NCBI RefSeq assembly: GCF_000195955.2
Contig: NC_000962.3
Coordinates: 2,220,001 to 2,252,000 of the forward strand
Reading direction: 5' to 3'
DNA length: 32,000 nt
Source: Mycobacterium tuberculosis H37Rv
GTDB lineage: Bacteria > Actinomycetota > Actinomycetes > Mycobacteriales > Mycobacteriaceae
This document shows positions 1-11,679 of the stretch, piece by piece. Numbering within the stretch: the first letter of the stretch is position 1; each line of letters begins with the position of its first letter. Position numbers and translations under genes: made by a program. A model generated the notes under the pieces. The model saw nothing but the letters and a program-made list of their open reading frames with translations, was not told where the DNA came from and did not search any database.

Positions 1-800
1 TGCTGGACGCGTCGGCGAAACCCGAACTCTACGTGATGCAGTCACCAATCGCGGATGCCTTCACCATCGGCATGGGCAAGCCATTCACCGTGATCACCTC
101 GGGGCTGTACGACCTGGTGACACACGACGAGATGCGGTTCGTGATGGGCCACGAGCTCGGCCACGCACTGTCCGGCCACGCGGTGTACCGCACGATGATG
201 ATGCATCTGCTGCGGTTGGCCCGGTCATTCGGCGTCTTGCCGGTTGGCGGCTGGGCGCTGCGCGCAATCGTGGCTGCGCTGCTGGAATGGCAGCGCAAAT
301 CGGAGCTGTCCGGCGATCGCGCTGGGTTGCTGTGCGCGCAGGATTTGGACACCGCGCTCAGGGTGGAGATGAAGCTCGCTGGCGGCTGCCGGCTGGACAA
401 GCTGGACTCGGAGGCCTTCTTGGCTCAGGCCCGGGAATACGAGACATCCGGCGATATGCGCGACGGGGTGCTCAAGCTGCTCAACCTGGAGCTGCAGACC
501 CATCCGTTCTCTGTGCTGCGGGCTGCCGCCTTGACTCACTGGGTGGACACCGGCGGCTATGCCAAGGTGATAGCCGGCGAGTACCCGCGTCGGGCCGACG
601 ACGGCAACGCCAAATTTGCAGACGACCTTGGCGCGGCCGCCCGGTACTACCGGGACGGCTTCGACCAGTCCAACGACCCGCTGATCAAAGGTATCCGCGA
701 CGGATTCGGTGGCATCGTCGAGGGCGTGGGACGGGCAGCCTCGAACGCGGCCGATTCATTGGGCCGCAAGATCACCGAGTGGCGGCAGCCCTCGAAGTGA
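1..800 (+). CDS. 3' part of a membrane-associated M48-type zinc metallopeptidase-like protein (Rv1977-like); 5' end outside window
   Basis: Open frame continues from the window edge to TGA 798-800. Contains GHELGHALSGHAVY (HExxH-like motif). Confidence 0.85.
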   Translation, partial: LDASAKPELYVMQSPIADAFTIGMGKPFTVITSGLYDLVTHDEMRFVMGHELGHALSGHAVYRTMMMHLLRLARSFGVLPVGGWALRAIVAALLEWQRKSELSGDRAGLLCAQDLDTALRVEMKLAGGCRLDKLDSEAFLAQAREYETSGDMRDGVLKLLNLELQTHPFSVLRAAALTHWVDTGGYAKVIAGEYPRRADDGNAKFADDLGAAARYYRDGFDQSNDPLIKGIRDGFGGIVEGVGRAASNAADSLGRKITEWRQPSK

Positions 801-907
801 CGGCCCCTCTGCTACGTAGCTAAGCACGCGCGACCGGCGGGCTGGGGAGCCCGGTCAGCGGTCTCATAGCATTGCGAACACGGGACGTCGAGAGGGGAAG
901 AGCTGCC

Positions 908-1756
908 ATGGGTGAGGCGAACATCCGCGAGCAGGCGATCGCCACGATGCCACGGGGTGGCCCCGACGCGTCTTGGCTGGATCGTCGATTCCAGACCGAC
1001 GCACTGGAGTACCTCGACCGCGACGATGTGCCCGATGAGGTCAAACAGAAGATCATCGGGGTGCTCGACCGGGTGGGCACCCTGACCAACCTGCACGAGA
1101 AGTACGCCCGGATAGCCCTGAAACTTGTTTCTGACATTCCCAACCCGCGAATCCTGGAACTTGGTGCGGGCCATGGCAAGCTCTCAGCGAAAATCCTCGA
1201 GCTACACCCGACAGCGACGGTGACGATCAGCGATCTAGATCCCACCTCGGTGGCCAACATCGCCGCGGGAGAGCTGGGAACACATCCGCGAGCACGCACC
1301 CAAGTGATCGACGCCACCGCAATCGACGGCCACGACCACAGCTATGACCTGGCGGTCTTCGCGCTGGCATTTCACCACCTGCCGCCTACGGTCGCCTGCA
1401 AAGCGATCGCCGAGGCCACCCGGGTGGGGAAGCGCTTTCTGATCATCGACCTCAAACGGCAGAAACCGCTGTCGTTCACGCTCTCTTCGGTGCTGCTACT
1501 GCCGCTCCACCTACTGCTGCTGCCATGGTCGTCGATGCGCTCGAGCATGCACGACGGCTTTATCAGCGCACTACGTGCCTACAGTCCCTCGGCGTTGCAG
1601 ACGCTTGCCCGCGCCGCCGATCCGGGAATGCAGGTTGAAATCTTGCCCGCACCGACCAGGCTATTCCCGCCATCGCTCGCCGTTGTGTTCTCCCGTTCGA
1701 GCTCAGCGCCAACGGAATCTAGCGAGTGCTCGGCCGATCGCCAACCCGGCGAATGA
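908..1756 (+). CDS. Class I SAM-dependent methyltransferase (Rv1978-like)
   Basis: ORF 872..1756 with ATG at 908 giving 282 aa. Contains ILELGAGHGKLSAKIL (SAM motif I) and DLAVFALAFHHLP. Confidence 0.85.
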   Translation: MGEANIREQAIATMPRGGPDASWLDRRFQTDALEYLDRDDVPDEVKQKIIGVLDRVGTLTNLHEKYARIALKLVSDIPNPRILELGAGHGKLSAKILELHPTATVTISDLDPTSVANIAAGELGTHPRARTQVIDATAIDGHDHSYDLAVFALAFHHLPPTVACKAIAEATRVGKRFLIIDLKRQKPLSFTLSSVLLLPLHLLLLPWSSMRSSMHDGFISALRAYSPSALQTLARAADPGMQVEILPAPTRLFPPSLAVVFSRSSSAPTESSECSADRQPGE

Positions 1757-3164
1757 TTCGGTAGTAGTGCAGATAAGCCATCGCCGGTACCACGATGAAC
1801 GTGATCACGATCAAAGCAATCGAGAAGTAGTTCGGACCACCCCGCACTAGAAAGATGCAGCGGTAGTCGTAGGACACTGCCAGCCCAACCGAGACCACGA
1901 TCGCAACAAGCGGTAACACCTTGTCGGTGAACGCATTTCGCCGCACAGCAGCATGTTCTACTGCCTGAGACCTCGCCAATGCGATGAGAGCGATCGGCAC
2001 GATGATGAACTGGACGAATCGGGCGATCACCGCCAGGCCGGTCAGGTGCAGGTTGTCGAACCGCAGCGCCAACGGGAATGCGAGCGCCAACGACGCCGTA
2101 ATTGCGAAGGAGACCATCGGCACGTCGTATTGGTTCTTGCGTGACAAGCGTGTCGGCAGAACCCCGCTGTCCGCTAACGCGGTCCAAAGCCGCGGTGCAC
2201 CGAACGAGGCCGCGACATTGATGCCGAACATCGATATCAGGGCTCCGACGACGATGATCGTTCGGAAGGTAGCGTTTCCGATGGCCGCGGCCAGTTTCAC
2301 GGTGTCGTCCGACGCGGCGATCTTGTTCGATCCGAGCAGCATCGCTACCGTTAGGGTGAGCAAGTAGATCGCGCCAACCGAGAAGATCGCGATCGGTATA
2401 GCTCTCGGCAGGTTCCGGTCCGGCGCGTCCATTTCTTCGGCGGCGTTCGCGATCGATTCGAAACCGGTGAATGCGTACAACGCGACAATCGTGGCCAGCG
2501 CCATACTCGAGAACGTGCCCTTGCCAATTTCGGCGACGCCAAGCAACGAGTACGGGGTCGCGCTGTATGCCGACCACGCCGTTGCGTAGTTGTTCACGTG
2601 CTGGGTGGTGATGATCCACAGCCCGCCGACAATGAATGCCGAGAGCGCGAATGCCTTGCCTACCGTTGACGTTCCGTTGGCCCACTTGATCGCCCGGTTG
2701 CCGAAGAGGTTGATGGCCAACAGCACGCCGATAAAGCCGAGAAACGTCAGCGTCTTCACACTGAACAGTTGCTCGGCGTCGGCCCAGGCCTTGTCGGGGA
2801 AGGCCACTCGCAACAGCGTCGAGACGAAAAAAGAAGCCAACACCCCCCAAGCGATGGACGCGGTAATGGCGTGGGTGACACCGACATAGATGCCGATCCG
2901 GCGCCCAAATGCGGCCGTTGTGTAGGCGTAGGAGGCACCGTTTGTTCTGACGTACCTTGCCGCCGTCGCGAAGACGATCGCCACGACACCCGCGAAAATG
3001 CCAGCTAAAACATAGGCCATCGGCGCGAAGGGTCCTGCGAGCCCGATCACCTCACCTGGAGTTAGGAAGATACCGGCGCCGATTATCGAGTTGATCCCGA
3101 GCATGACGACGCTGCAGAAACCCAGCTTGTGGATCGCATATCCTCTCGTCCGCGGGCCGACCAC
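1719..3164 (-). CDS. APC-superfamily amino-acid permease (Rv1979c-like)
   Basis: 481 aa, many hydrophobic helices. N-terminal signature SVVMLGINSIIGAGIFLTPG. Confidence 0.9.
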   Translation of the reverse strand: MVGPRTRGYAIHKLGFCSVVMLGINSIIGAGIFLTPGEVIGLAGPFAPMAYVLAGIFAGVVAIVFATAARYVRTNGASYAYTTAAFGRRIGIYVGVTHAITASIAWGVLASFFVSTLLRVAFPDKAWADAEQLFSVKTLTFLGFIGVLLAINLFGNRAIKWANGTSTVGKAFALSAFIVGGLWIITTQHVNNYATAWSAYSATPYSLLGVAEIGKGTFSSMALATIVALYAFTGFESIANAAEEMDAPDRNLPRAIPIAIFSVGAIYLLTLTVAMLLGSNKIAASDDTVKLAAAIGNATFRTIIVVGALISMFGINVAASFGAPRLWTALADSGVLPTRLSRKNQYDVPMVSFAITASLALAFPLALRFDNLHLTGLAVIARFVQFIIVPIALIALARSQAVEHAAVRRNAFTDKVLPLVAIVVSVGLAVSYDYRCIFLVRGGPNYFSIALIVITFIVVPAMAYLHYYRIIRRVGDRPSTR

Positions 3165-3342
3165 CGCACCAAGGCTGTCTAGCAGGGAATCCTCTAACGC
3201 ACCATAGATTCTCTAGCGACGATTCTTGAGCTCCCGGCCTGTCGATGCCGGCGCTGCAGGTGAGTCACCGCAGTGGGCGCACCGAACACTCATTTCCGCC
3301 GCCCCAAATCCGCGCAGTGACCACCGCGCGGTCCTCGCGAGT

Positions 3343-4029
3343 CTAGGCCAGCATCGAGTCGATCGCGGAACGTGGGACCAATACCTGGGTTGGGCCGGCT
3401 GCTTCGGGCAGCAACTCCCCCGGGTTGAAGAAGAAAATCACCCCGTCGTTCGTGACTGCGAAGTTCTGATAATTCACCGGGTCCAAGCCGGCATTCGGCG
3501 CTATCGATACCTGTTGTCCGGTCTGCTTGCTCAGTTCACCTTGCACAATGGGGAAGACGACTGGCAGCGGATCGGTGTCAGCCTGCCACAGCGTGTCATA
3601 GGTGATTGGCTTGCGATAGGCCTGGTCCCAATCGAAGGCCTTGTACGTGGTCGTTGGGTGCGTGCCGCCGGCGTTCTGGTAGACCTTGAGCACCACGGCC
3701 TGCGTACCACGCGGCGGTATCGCGGACTGGTATGTGGCCGAGGTGATATTCAATTCGTAGGGGGCTTCGCGTGGAGTGGACGATGTGGCCGCGCTGAGGA
3801 ACTTGTCGCGCGTCTGGGCGATGTAATTTTCCAGCGACTTCTGGTCGGGGTAGTAACTGGGCAGGCTGATGTTGATGTTGTAGGCCGGGTCGGACATTTG
3901 AATCTGGCACGCCTGGCCGGTATCGGTGCCTTTCAACTCCTCGCAGTAGGTCTTGGGCGCGGCCGTGGCCACACCCGAACAACAGAGCAAAACGACAGCC
4001 GTGACCAGCATGAAGATCTTGATGCGCAC
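3343..4029 (-). CDS. mpt64: Secreted immunogenic protein MPT64/MPB64
   Basis: GTG start at 4029 gives 228 aa: (M)RIKIFMLVTAVVLLCCSGVATAAPKTYCEELKGTDTGQACQIQMSDPAYNI..., recognisable MPT64 sequence with a signal peptide. Confidence 0.97.
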   Translation of the reverse strand: MRIKIFMLVTAVVLLCCSGVATAAPKTYCEELKGTDTGQACQIQMSDPAYNINISLPSYYPDQKSLENYIAQTRDKFLSAATSSTPREAPYELNITSATYQSAIPPRGTQAVVLKVYQNAGGTHPTTTYKAFDWDQAYRKPITYDTLWQADTDPLPVVFPIVQGELSKQTGQQVSIAPNAGLDPVNYQNFAVTNDGVIFFFNPGELLPEAAGPTQVLVPRSAIDSMLA

Positions 4030-4219
4030 GTCGAAATTCCTCCGGGAGTAGTTTGCAGCACCGCCGGCCGCAGGCGGGAGATTGGATTGCCGCGATATCT
4101 GAGTCGACGACAAACATAGGGCATCGCGCTGCTGACGACGATGCCTGACCAGACTCAAGCTAGCAGATCGATCGGGCCCGGTGTCGCGTGGTGCTCGACG
4201 CCCCCGACGCGCTGGGCGG

Positions 4220-5311
<1,092 letters not shown>

Positions 5312-5412
5312 TCATGGCGTGCACCAGCACTGTAGCTTAGTGATTTCGGCTACCCATATTTTATTCTTCGTGTCGCTGAACTCATTACAAACAGCGATCA
5401 CCGCGCATACGG

Positions 5413-5832
5413 TTACGCGACGCCTGGCCAGTAGCCGACGACGCCGCGGAACTCAAGGTCGGTTTGCGGGAAGTCGTTGCCGACGGCCAGCAGTGGTTGG
5501 TGGCCCAGCTGGGCGGTCGCGTACGTCATACAGTCTCCGAAGTTGAGAGCCGCGCGGTGGCGCCCCTTGCCGTATCGCAGAAAGGCTCGTTGCGTGGCAG
5601 CGGCATGCTCGGCGGTGAAAGATGACACGCTCAAGCCGATTTCGCTGCGAAGTCGTTCGAAGATCGTGCGCGCAACGGGGCCGTGACGGGCGGTCAAGAC
5701 AATCAGGCATTCGGCGACGGTGGGTGCAGACATGACGGGGCTATGGGCGCCGGCCAGGGCGGCCGCGACCAGGGTGGCGTGCGGCCGCTCGCCTTGAACC
5801 AGGGCCACCACGGCGCTTGTGTCCACGATCAT
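5413..5832 (-). CDS. vapC36: PIN-domain ribonuclease toxin VapC36
   Basis: 139 aa. [16 protein letters not shown]-terminus, [10 protein letters not shown] and NDFPQTDL acidic motifs. Immediately downstream of a vapB-type ORF. Confidence 0.93.
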   Translation of the reverse strand: MIVDTSAVVALVQGERPHATLVAAALAGAHSPVMSAPTVAECLIVLTARHGPVARTIFERLRSEIGLSVSSFTAEHAAATQRAFLRYGKGRHRAALNFGDCMTYATAQLGHQPLLAVGNDFPQTDLEFRGVVGYWPGVA

Positions 5833-5840
5833 TGCGGTGC

Positions 5841-6101
5841 TCAGACTCCGGTTGCGGGGTCGTAGCCGAGGATTTGTTCGCGCTCGAGCTTGGTGATGGG
5901 GGAGCGGTCGGCAAGCAGGGGCCAGATTTCGGTACGCAAGATGTCGAGAAGTTGTGCCTCACGGTCGCCGGCGCGCGACTCCAAAAACGCCAGCTGGGCA
6001 GACAGGGCATGCCGGATGGCGGCAGTCTTGCTGGTGTGCAGCCGGTCAGCGAGTTCGGCGGCTAGTCGGTCTACCTCAGGGTCTTTGATATTCAGCGCCA
6101 C
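5841..6101 (-). CDS. vapB36: Antitoxin VapB36
   Basis: GTG start at 6101 gives 86 aa: (M)[32 protein letters not shown]..., typical VapB. 8 bp gap to vapC36. Confidence 0.92.
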
Positions 6102-6137
6102 AGGTAGATGGTACCAGCAAATAGCCACTATCTACCT
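6102..6137. promoter_or_regulatory. Candidate vapBC36 operator / promoter region
   Basis: Inverted repeat AGGTAGAT (6102-6109) / ATCTACCT (6130-6137) directly adjacent to the vapB36 start. Confidence 0.5.
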
Positions 6138-6243
6138 AACGCGTGCTGTGCCGTGCGGTAGCTACTGAAAATCCGAGATGTCAAAGGCAGCGTCTGGATA
6201 CGCTGTATGCGCGCAGGGATGGTGATCGAGGCGGAGGGGCGGC

Positions 6244-7920
6244 GTGTCATTTCTGGTCGTGGTTCCCGAGTTCTTGACGTCCGCGGCAGCGGATGTGGAG
6301 AACATAGGTTCCACACTGCGCGCGGCGAATGCCGCGGCTGCCGCCTCGACCACCGCGCTTGCGGCCGCTGGCGCTGATGAGGTATCGGCGGCGGTGGCAG
6401 CGCTGTTTGCCAGGTTCGGTCAGGAATATCAAGCGGTCAGCGCGCAGGCGAGCGCTTTCCATCAACAGTTCGTGCAGACGCTGAACTCGGCGTCAGGATC
6501 GTATGCGGCCGCGGAGGCCACCATCGCGTCACAGTTGCAGACCGCGCAGCACGATCTGCTGGGCGCGGTCAATGCACCAACCGAAACGTTGTTGGGGCGT
6601 CCGCTAATCGGCGACGGAGCACCCGGGACGGCAACGAGTCCGAATGGCGGGGCGGGTGGGCTGCTGTACGGCAACGGCGGCAACGGTTATTCCGCGACGG
6701 CGTCGGGGGTCGGCGGCGGGGCCGGCGGTTCCGCGGGGTTGATCGGCAATGGCGGCGCCGGGGGAGCCGGCGGACCCAACGCCCCCGGGGGAGCCGGCGG
6801 CAACGGTGGCTGGCTGCTCGGCAACGGCGGGATCGGCGGGCCCGGGGGCGCGTCGAGCATCCCCGGCATGAGTGGTGGAGCCGGCGGAACCGGCGGTGCC
6901 GCAGGACTTTTGGGCTGGGGAGCGAACGGCGGAGCCGGCGGCCTCGGTGATGGAGTCGGTGTCGATCGTGGCACGGGCGGCGCCGGAGGCCGCGGCGGCC
7001 TGTTGTATGGCGGATACGGCGTCAGTGGGCCAGGCGGCGACGGCAGAACCGTCCCGCTGGAGATAATTCATGTCACAGAGCCGACGGTACATGCCAACGT
7101 CAACGGCGGACCGACGTCAACCATTCTGGTCGACACCGGATCCGCTGGTCTTGTTGTCTCGCCTGAGGATGTCGGGGGAATCCTGGGAGTGCTTCACATG
7201 GGCCTCCCAACCGGATTGAGCATCAGCGGTTACAGCGGGGGGCTGTACTACATCTTCGCCACGTATACCACGACGGTGGACTTCGGGAATGGCATCGTCA
7301 CCGCGCCGACCGCCGTTAATGTCGTCCTCTTGTCCATCCCAACGTCCCCCTTCGCCATTTCGACCTACTTCAGCGCCTTGCTGGCCGATCCGACAACAAC
7401 TCCGTTCGAAGCCTATTTCGGTGCCGTCGGCGTGGACGGCGTTCTGGGAGTTGGGCCCAATGCGGTGGGACCAGGCCCCAGCATTCCGACGATGGCGTTA
7501 CCGGGTGACCTCAACCAGGGAGTGCTCATCGACGCACCCGCAGGTGAGCTCGTGTTCGGTCCCAACCCGCTACCTGCGCCCAACGTCGAGGTCGTCGGAT
7601 CGCCGATCACCACCCTGTACGTAAAGATCGATGGTGGGACTCCCATACCCGTCCCCTCGATCATCGATTCCGGTGGGGTAACGGGAACCATCCCGTCATA
7701 TGTCATCGGATCCGGAACCCTGCCGGCGAACACAAACATTGAGGTCTACACCAGCCCCGGCGGTGATCGGCTCTACGCGTTCAACACAAACGATTACCGC
7801 CCGACCGTCATTTCATCCGGCCTGATGAATACCGGGTTCTTGCCCTTCAGATTCCAGCCGGTGTACATCGACTACAGCCCCAGCGGTATAGGGACAACAG
7901 TCTTTGATCATCCGGCGTGA
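6244..7920 (+). CDS. PE_PGRS35: PE_PGRS35: PE domain, short Gly-rich PGRS stretch, C-terminal aspartic-protease-like domain
   Basis: 558 aa. N-terminal [33 protein letters not shown] (PE). GGxGG repeats about 6650-7050. C-terminal [12 protein letters not shown] and IIDSGGVTG pair of D[T/S]G motifs. Confidence 0.95.
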   Translation: MSFLVVVPEFLTSAAADVENIGSTLRAANAAAAASTTALAAAGADEVSAAVAALFARFGQEYQAVSAQASAFHQQFVQTLNSASGSYAAAEATIASQLQTAQHDLLGAVNAPTETLLGRPLIGDGAPGTATSPNGGAGGLLYGNGGNGYSATASGVGGGAGGSAGLIGNGGAGGAGGPNAPGGAGGNGGWLLGNGGIGGPGGASSIPGMSGGAGGTGGAAGLLGWGANGGAGGLGDGVGVDRGTGGAGGRGGLLYGGYGVSGPGGDGRTVPLEIIHVTEPTVHANVNGGPTSTILVDTGSAGLVVSPEDVGGILGVLHMGLPTGLSISGYSGGLYYIFATYTTTVDFGNGIVTAPTAVNVVLLSIPTSPFAISTYFSALLADPTTTPFEAYFGAVGVDGVLGVGPNAVGPGPSIPTMALPGDLNQGVLIDAPAGELVFGPNPLPAPNVEVVGSPITTLYVKIDGGTPIPVPSIIDSGGVTGTIPSYVIGSGTLPANTNIEVYTSPGGDRLYAFNTNDYRPTVISSGLMNTGFLPFRFQPVYIDYSPSGIGTTVFDHPA

Positions 7921-8561
7921 TCGAGCCTGTTCGCCGCGAATGTCGCCGCCTGGCTTGTCATCCCCGACTGAACATACGAAACATGCGCCATAATATTGCC
8001 GCCTCCGGTGCATATTGGATCGTCGGGAGCACACAAGTTTATGGTCTTAGAGCTATACAGCGGACCGATTGTCGGCAACGACCCGCCGCCCCACAACATG
8101 CTGGAGAAACCACTGGATGGCTCGCCGAAAAGGGCGACAGCGGCGACATGATCTGCCACCGCGGGCGGCATCGCCGAGGTGGACAAATCGATGACCGTCG
8201 CACCCTGCGAATAGCCACCAAGCACAATCCTGGTGTTCGGGCAGCTGGCGACGGTGCGCTGGATGTGGGCGCTCGCATCATCGGAACCGTTTGACGCGCT
8301 CGCGCGGTAGTCGTCGCTTGCTGGGTAGTTCACCGCGTAGACCCCAATCGACCGCCCGCCAACTTGCGAGGTAAGCGAGTCGACGAACGCCTCACCGACG
8401 TCGCCAAGACCAGAAGCCTGATGCGTGCCGCGAGCGAAAACGACCGCGATGTCCGAACACGGATCCGCATGCGCGGCACGACCGCCGGCGGGTGCGCTCA
8501 CCAGCGCCAAGGTCGTCGCAACCACGACACCAACGATGCGAACAAGGCTGCGTGGAGTCAT
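7908..8561 (-). CDS. cfp21: Secreted cutinase-like esterase CFP21
   Basis: 217 aa from [60 protein letters not shown] nucleophile elbow, cutinase D/H motifs. Converges on PE_PGRS35 with a 13 bp overlap. Confidence 0.95.
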   Translation of the reverse strand: MTPRSLVRIVGVVVATTLALVSAPAGGRAAHADPCSDIAVVFARGTHQASGLGDVGEAFVDSLTSQVGGRSIGVYAVNYPASDDYRASASNGSDDASAHIQRTVASCPNTRIVLGGYSQGATVIDLSTSAMPPAVADHVAAVALFGEPSSGFSSMLWGGGSLPTIGPLYSSKTINLCAPDDPICTGGGNIMAHVSYVQSGMTSQAATFAANRLDHAG

Positions 8562-8675
8562 CTGCACATGCTGACATACTGCCGGCGACCGAGGTGGCGG
8601 TGGGCCGCTGAGACATGACGTGCCTCACGTCGTCGGCGCCCACGCAGCCCCAGGTCAGAACGGTAGCCTTAGGCG

Positions 8676-8906
8676 ATGACCGACTCTGTGGTCGTCCGCG
8701 TCAAGCCCGGCAGTCACAAAGGACCCCTGGTCGAGGTCGGTCCCAACGGTGAGCTGATTATCTACGTCCGCGAGCCGGCGATTGATGGCAAGGCCAACGA
8801 TGCGGTCACCCGGCTGCTCGCAGCTCACCTTCAATTGCCAAAGAGCCGAGTCAAATTGGTGTCCGGAGCGACGTCGCGGTTCAAGCGTTTCCGTCTGAGT
8901 CGTTAA
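8676..8906 (+). CDS. DUF167/YggU (UPF0235)-family small protein
   Basis: 76 aa MTDSVVVRVKPGSHKGPLVEVGPNGELIIYVREPAIDGKANDAVTRLLAAHLQLPKSRVKLVSGATSRFKRFRLSR. Matches the family pattern V+VKPGS...V.EPA.DGKAN.A+..LLA..L..PKS.V.+VSG..SR.K. Confidence 0.85.
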   Translation: MTDSVVVRVKPGSHKGPLVEVGPNGELIIYVREPAIDGKANDAVTRLLAAHLQLPKSRVKLVSGATSRFKRFRLSR

Positions 8907-8990
8907 GTTCAACCTGTTTGAGGAAGCGGGTCCAGCAAGGCCGGGACATCGAGACCAAGCCGCGCTAACACAACAACATGCTGGCGTCGG

Positions 8991-9902
8991 TCAACCCGGT
9001 CGGCGGCGGCGTTGCTGGCCCCGGTACAGACCGCTTGCCGCCGCCCTCACCGTGTCGGTAATTCGCGCGATGATCGGACTGTCCAGTTTCCAGCATTGCC
9101 AATAGAGAGGGACGTCGAGGTGTATGTCGCAGACCCGTACGAACGATCCATCGGCAAGCGGAGATGCTGCCAGCTTCTCGGGGAACATGCCCCATCCCAG
9201 CCCGGCGCGCGCTGCGGCGGTGAAGCCCTCTGTGGTCGGGACAAAGTGCGTCGGTCTGGTGATGGCGCGACGAAAGGCCTTACGCACCAACATGTCCTGC
9301 AGCCCATCGTCACGATTCCACGCCAGTGACGGAGCTTTAGCCGCCGCGGCGGCAGTGAACCCGTCGGATAGATGGCGCTGGACGAATGGCCTGCTGGCCA
9401 CTGGTAGGTAGCGCATTTCACCCAGCGGGTGCACCCGGCAGCCCGGCACCGGGTTCCGCTCGGTGGTCACCGCGCCCATCGCCACACCCTCCCGTAGCAG
9501 CCGCGCGGAATGGTCCTGGTCCTCGATCCGAACGTCGAGCAGGACGTCGCCGAGACCGTCGAACACGGCCGAAAACCATGTCGCCATGGAATCGGCGTTT
9601 ACCGCAATGGTGATCCGCGTGCGTTTCAGCGACGCGTTGCCACCCATTTCAGCGAGCGCCTCGGACTCGAGCAACGCTGTTTGCGCGGCCAACCGCAACA
9701 GCGGGATACCTGCGGTCGTCGCCCGACATGGCTTTTCCCTGACCACCAGCACCTGGCCGACCTGCTGCTCCAACGACTTGATGCGCTGACTGACAGCCGA
9801 CGGGGTGACATGTAGGCGCTCCGCGGCCGCATCGAAGCTGCCCAGTTCGACCACGGCAGCCAATGCGGCCAGCTGTGGACCGTCAAGCTGCGGATCCACC
9901 AT
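8991..9902 (-). CDS. lysG: LysR-type regulator LysG (ArgP/IciA group)
   Basis: ATG at 9902 gives 303 aa with N-terminal wHTH GSFDAAAERLHVTPSAVSQRIKSLEQQVG. Divergent from lysE. Confidence 0.92.
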   Translation of the reverse strand: MVDPQLDGPQLAALAAVVELGSFDAAAERLHVTPSAVSQRIKSLEQQVGQVLVVREKPCRATTAGIPLLRLAAQTALLESEALAEMGGNASLKRTRITIAVNADSMATWFSAVFDGLGDVLLDVRIEDQDHSARLLREGVAMGAVTTERNPVPGCRVHPLGEMRYLPVASRPFVQRHLSDGFTAAAAAKAPSLAWNRDDGLQDMLVRKAFRRAITRPTHFVPTTEGFTAAARAGLGWGMFPEKLAASPLADGSFVRVCDIHLDVPLYWQCWKLDSPIIARITDTVRAAASGLYRGQQRRRRPG

Positions 9903-10610
<708 letters not shown>

Positions 10611-10946
10611 TACAGCACGTGTGCACACGCGGGTTGGACCACGTGATCGTCGATGGGCACATACCGTTCGGCAGGAGGGCGCGCGGTCAGTCTGCACAAC
10701 TCAGTCACCAGCTGACACGCCGACGGCGGCCTCGCCCGGGCGTGTCGGCGCCACCAGTGCACATTCGGCGTGACGCGGCCCTACGGATCGTGTTGGAGCT
10801 GTAGCCCGTTGATACCGGTCGCGAACGGTGAACGGCGCTAATCGGGGGAGTGGGGTCGAGGCTGTCTGGCCTTCCCCGTCCGCAAGTTCGCGTTCGGCCG
10901 GGCCGATATCTGGTTCAGGGTGGGTCGAGGCCAAATTTCATCACGG

Positions 10947-10974
10947 TTGCGGTTGAGCAAAGTTGCTGTAGCTT
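10947..10974 (+). promoter_or_regulatory. Candidate promoter of the Rv1987-erm(37) unit
   Basis: TTGCGG (10947-10952), 16 nt spacer, TAGCTT (10969-10974). AT-rich AAATTT at 10933-10938 just upstream. Confidence 0.35.
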
Positions 10975-11025
10975 GCTCGCGAGGAGACGGCCGATATCGC
11001 CTCATTGGCATTAGTGTTGGCTGTC

Positions 11026-11454
11026 ATGGCCGGACTGAACATTTACGTGAGGCGCTGGCGGACAGCGCTTCACGCAACCGTGTCGGCATTGATAGTTGCC
11101 ATCCTCGGACTCGCCATCACCCCGGTCGCTAGTGCGGCGACGGCCAGGGCGACGTTGTCGGTGACATCGACGTGGCAGACCGGTTTCATCGCCCGCTTCA
11201 CCATCACAAACTCGAGCACGGCGCCGCTAACCGATTGGAAGCTTGAATTCGACTTGCCGGCAGGAGAATCCGTCTTGCACACATGGAATAGCACCGTTGC
11301 ACGATCTGGCACGCACTACGTTCTCAGCCCAGCGAATTGGAATCGCATCATTGCCCCCGGTGGTTCAGCCACGGGCGGCCTAAGAGGCGGGCTGACCGGT
11401 TCTTACTCGCCGCCGTCGAGTTGTCTGCTCAACGGGCAATATCCTTGCACCTAG
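11026..11454 (+). CDS. Secreted CBM2-type cellulose/chitin-binding domain protein (Rv1987-like, annotated 'chitinase')
   Basis: 142 aa with signal peptide (...LGLAITPVASA) then ARATLSVTSTWQTGFIARFTITNSSTAPLTDWKLEFDLP...HTWNSTVARSG...YVLSPANWNRIIAPGGSATGG, classic CBM2. Confidence 0.9.
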   Translation: MAGLNIYVRRWRTALHATVSALIVAILGLAITPVASAATARATLSVTSTWQTGFIARFTITNSSTAPLTDWKLEFDLPAGESVLHTWNSTVARSGTHYVLSPANWNRIIAPGGSATGGLRGGLTGSYSPPSSCLLNGQYPCT

Positions 11455-11679
11455 ACGCGACTGCGCACTGAGGCTCGCCGACTGCAACAATGCGGCTACT
11501 GCCAGGTGGGTCTAGTGGGTCGTCACGGCCAACGTCATCTCGGAGTTGATGCGGACGGCGCCAGAGCCCTGGGGCTGGTGATGACCAGAAGGTTGCCTGA
11601 ACCGAGAAATTGGATTGATCGCAGTGCCGGTGGCGGGCTACGGTCGGGCGCGTGGGCATCTACGCAGTGACGGTACGTC

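Noticed and set aside
1579-2850. 423 aa minus-strand ORF overlapping the permease gene in another frame
   Set aside because: Arg/Asp-rich low-complexity translation with no hydrophobic pattern. The overlapping permease frame is clearly coding.
3226-4119. 297 aa plus-strand ORF antisense to mpt64
   Set aside because: Long open frame opposite a well-established gene. Composition is Arg/Gly-rich without domain signatures, as expected from high-GC frame shadows.
6650-7060. Gly-rich repeat tract considered as a possible CRISPR or mobile repeat
   Set aside because: Repeats are short GGxGG codon repeats of the PGRS domain within a single ORF, with no spacer/direct-repeat architecture.
10611-11025. 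415 bp intergenic region checked for a small RNA gene
   Set aside because: No clear independent promoter/terminator pair visible by eye other than the Rv1987 promoter candidate. RNA-seq would be required.
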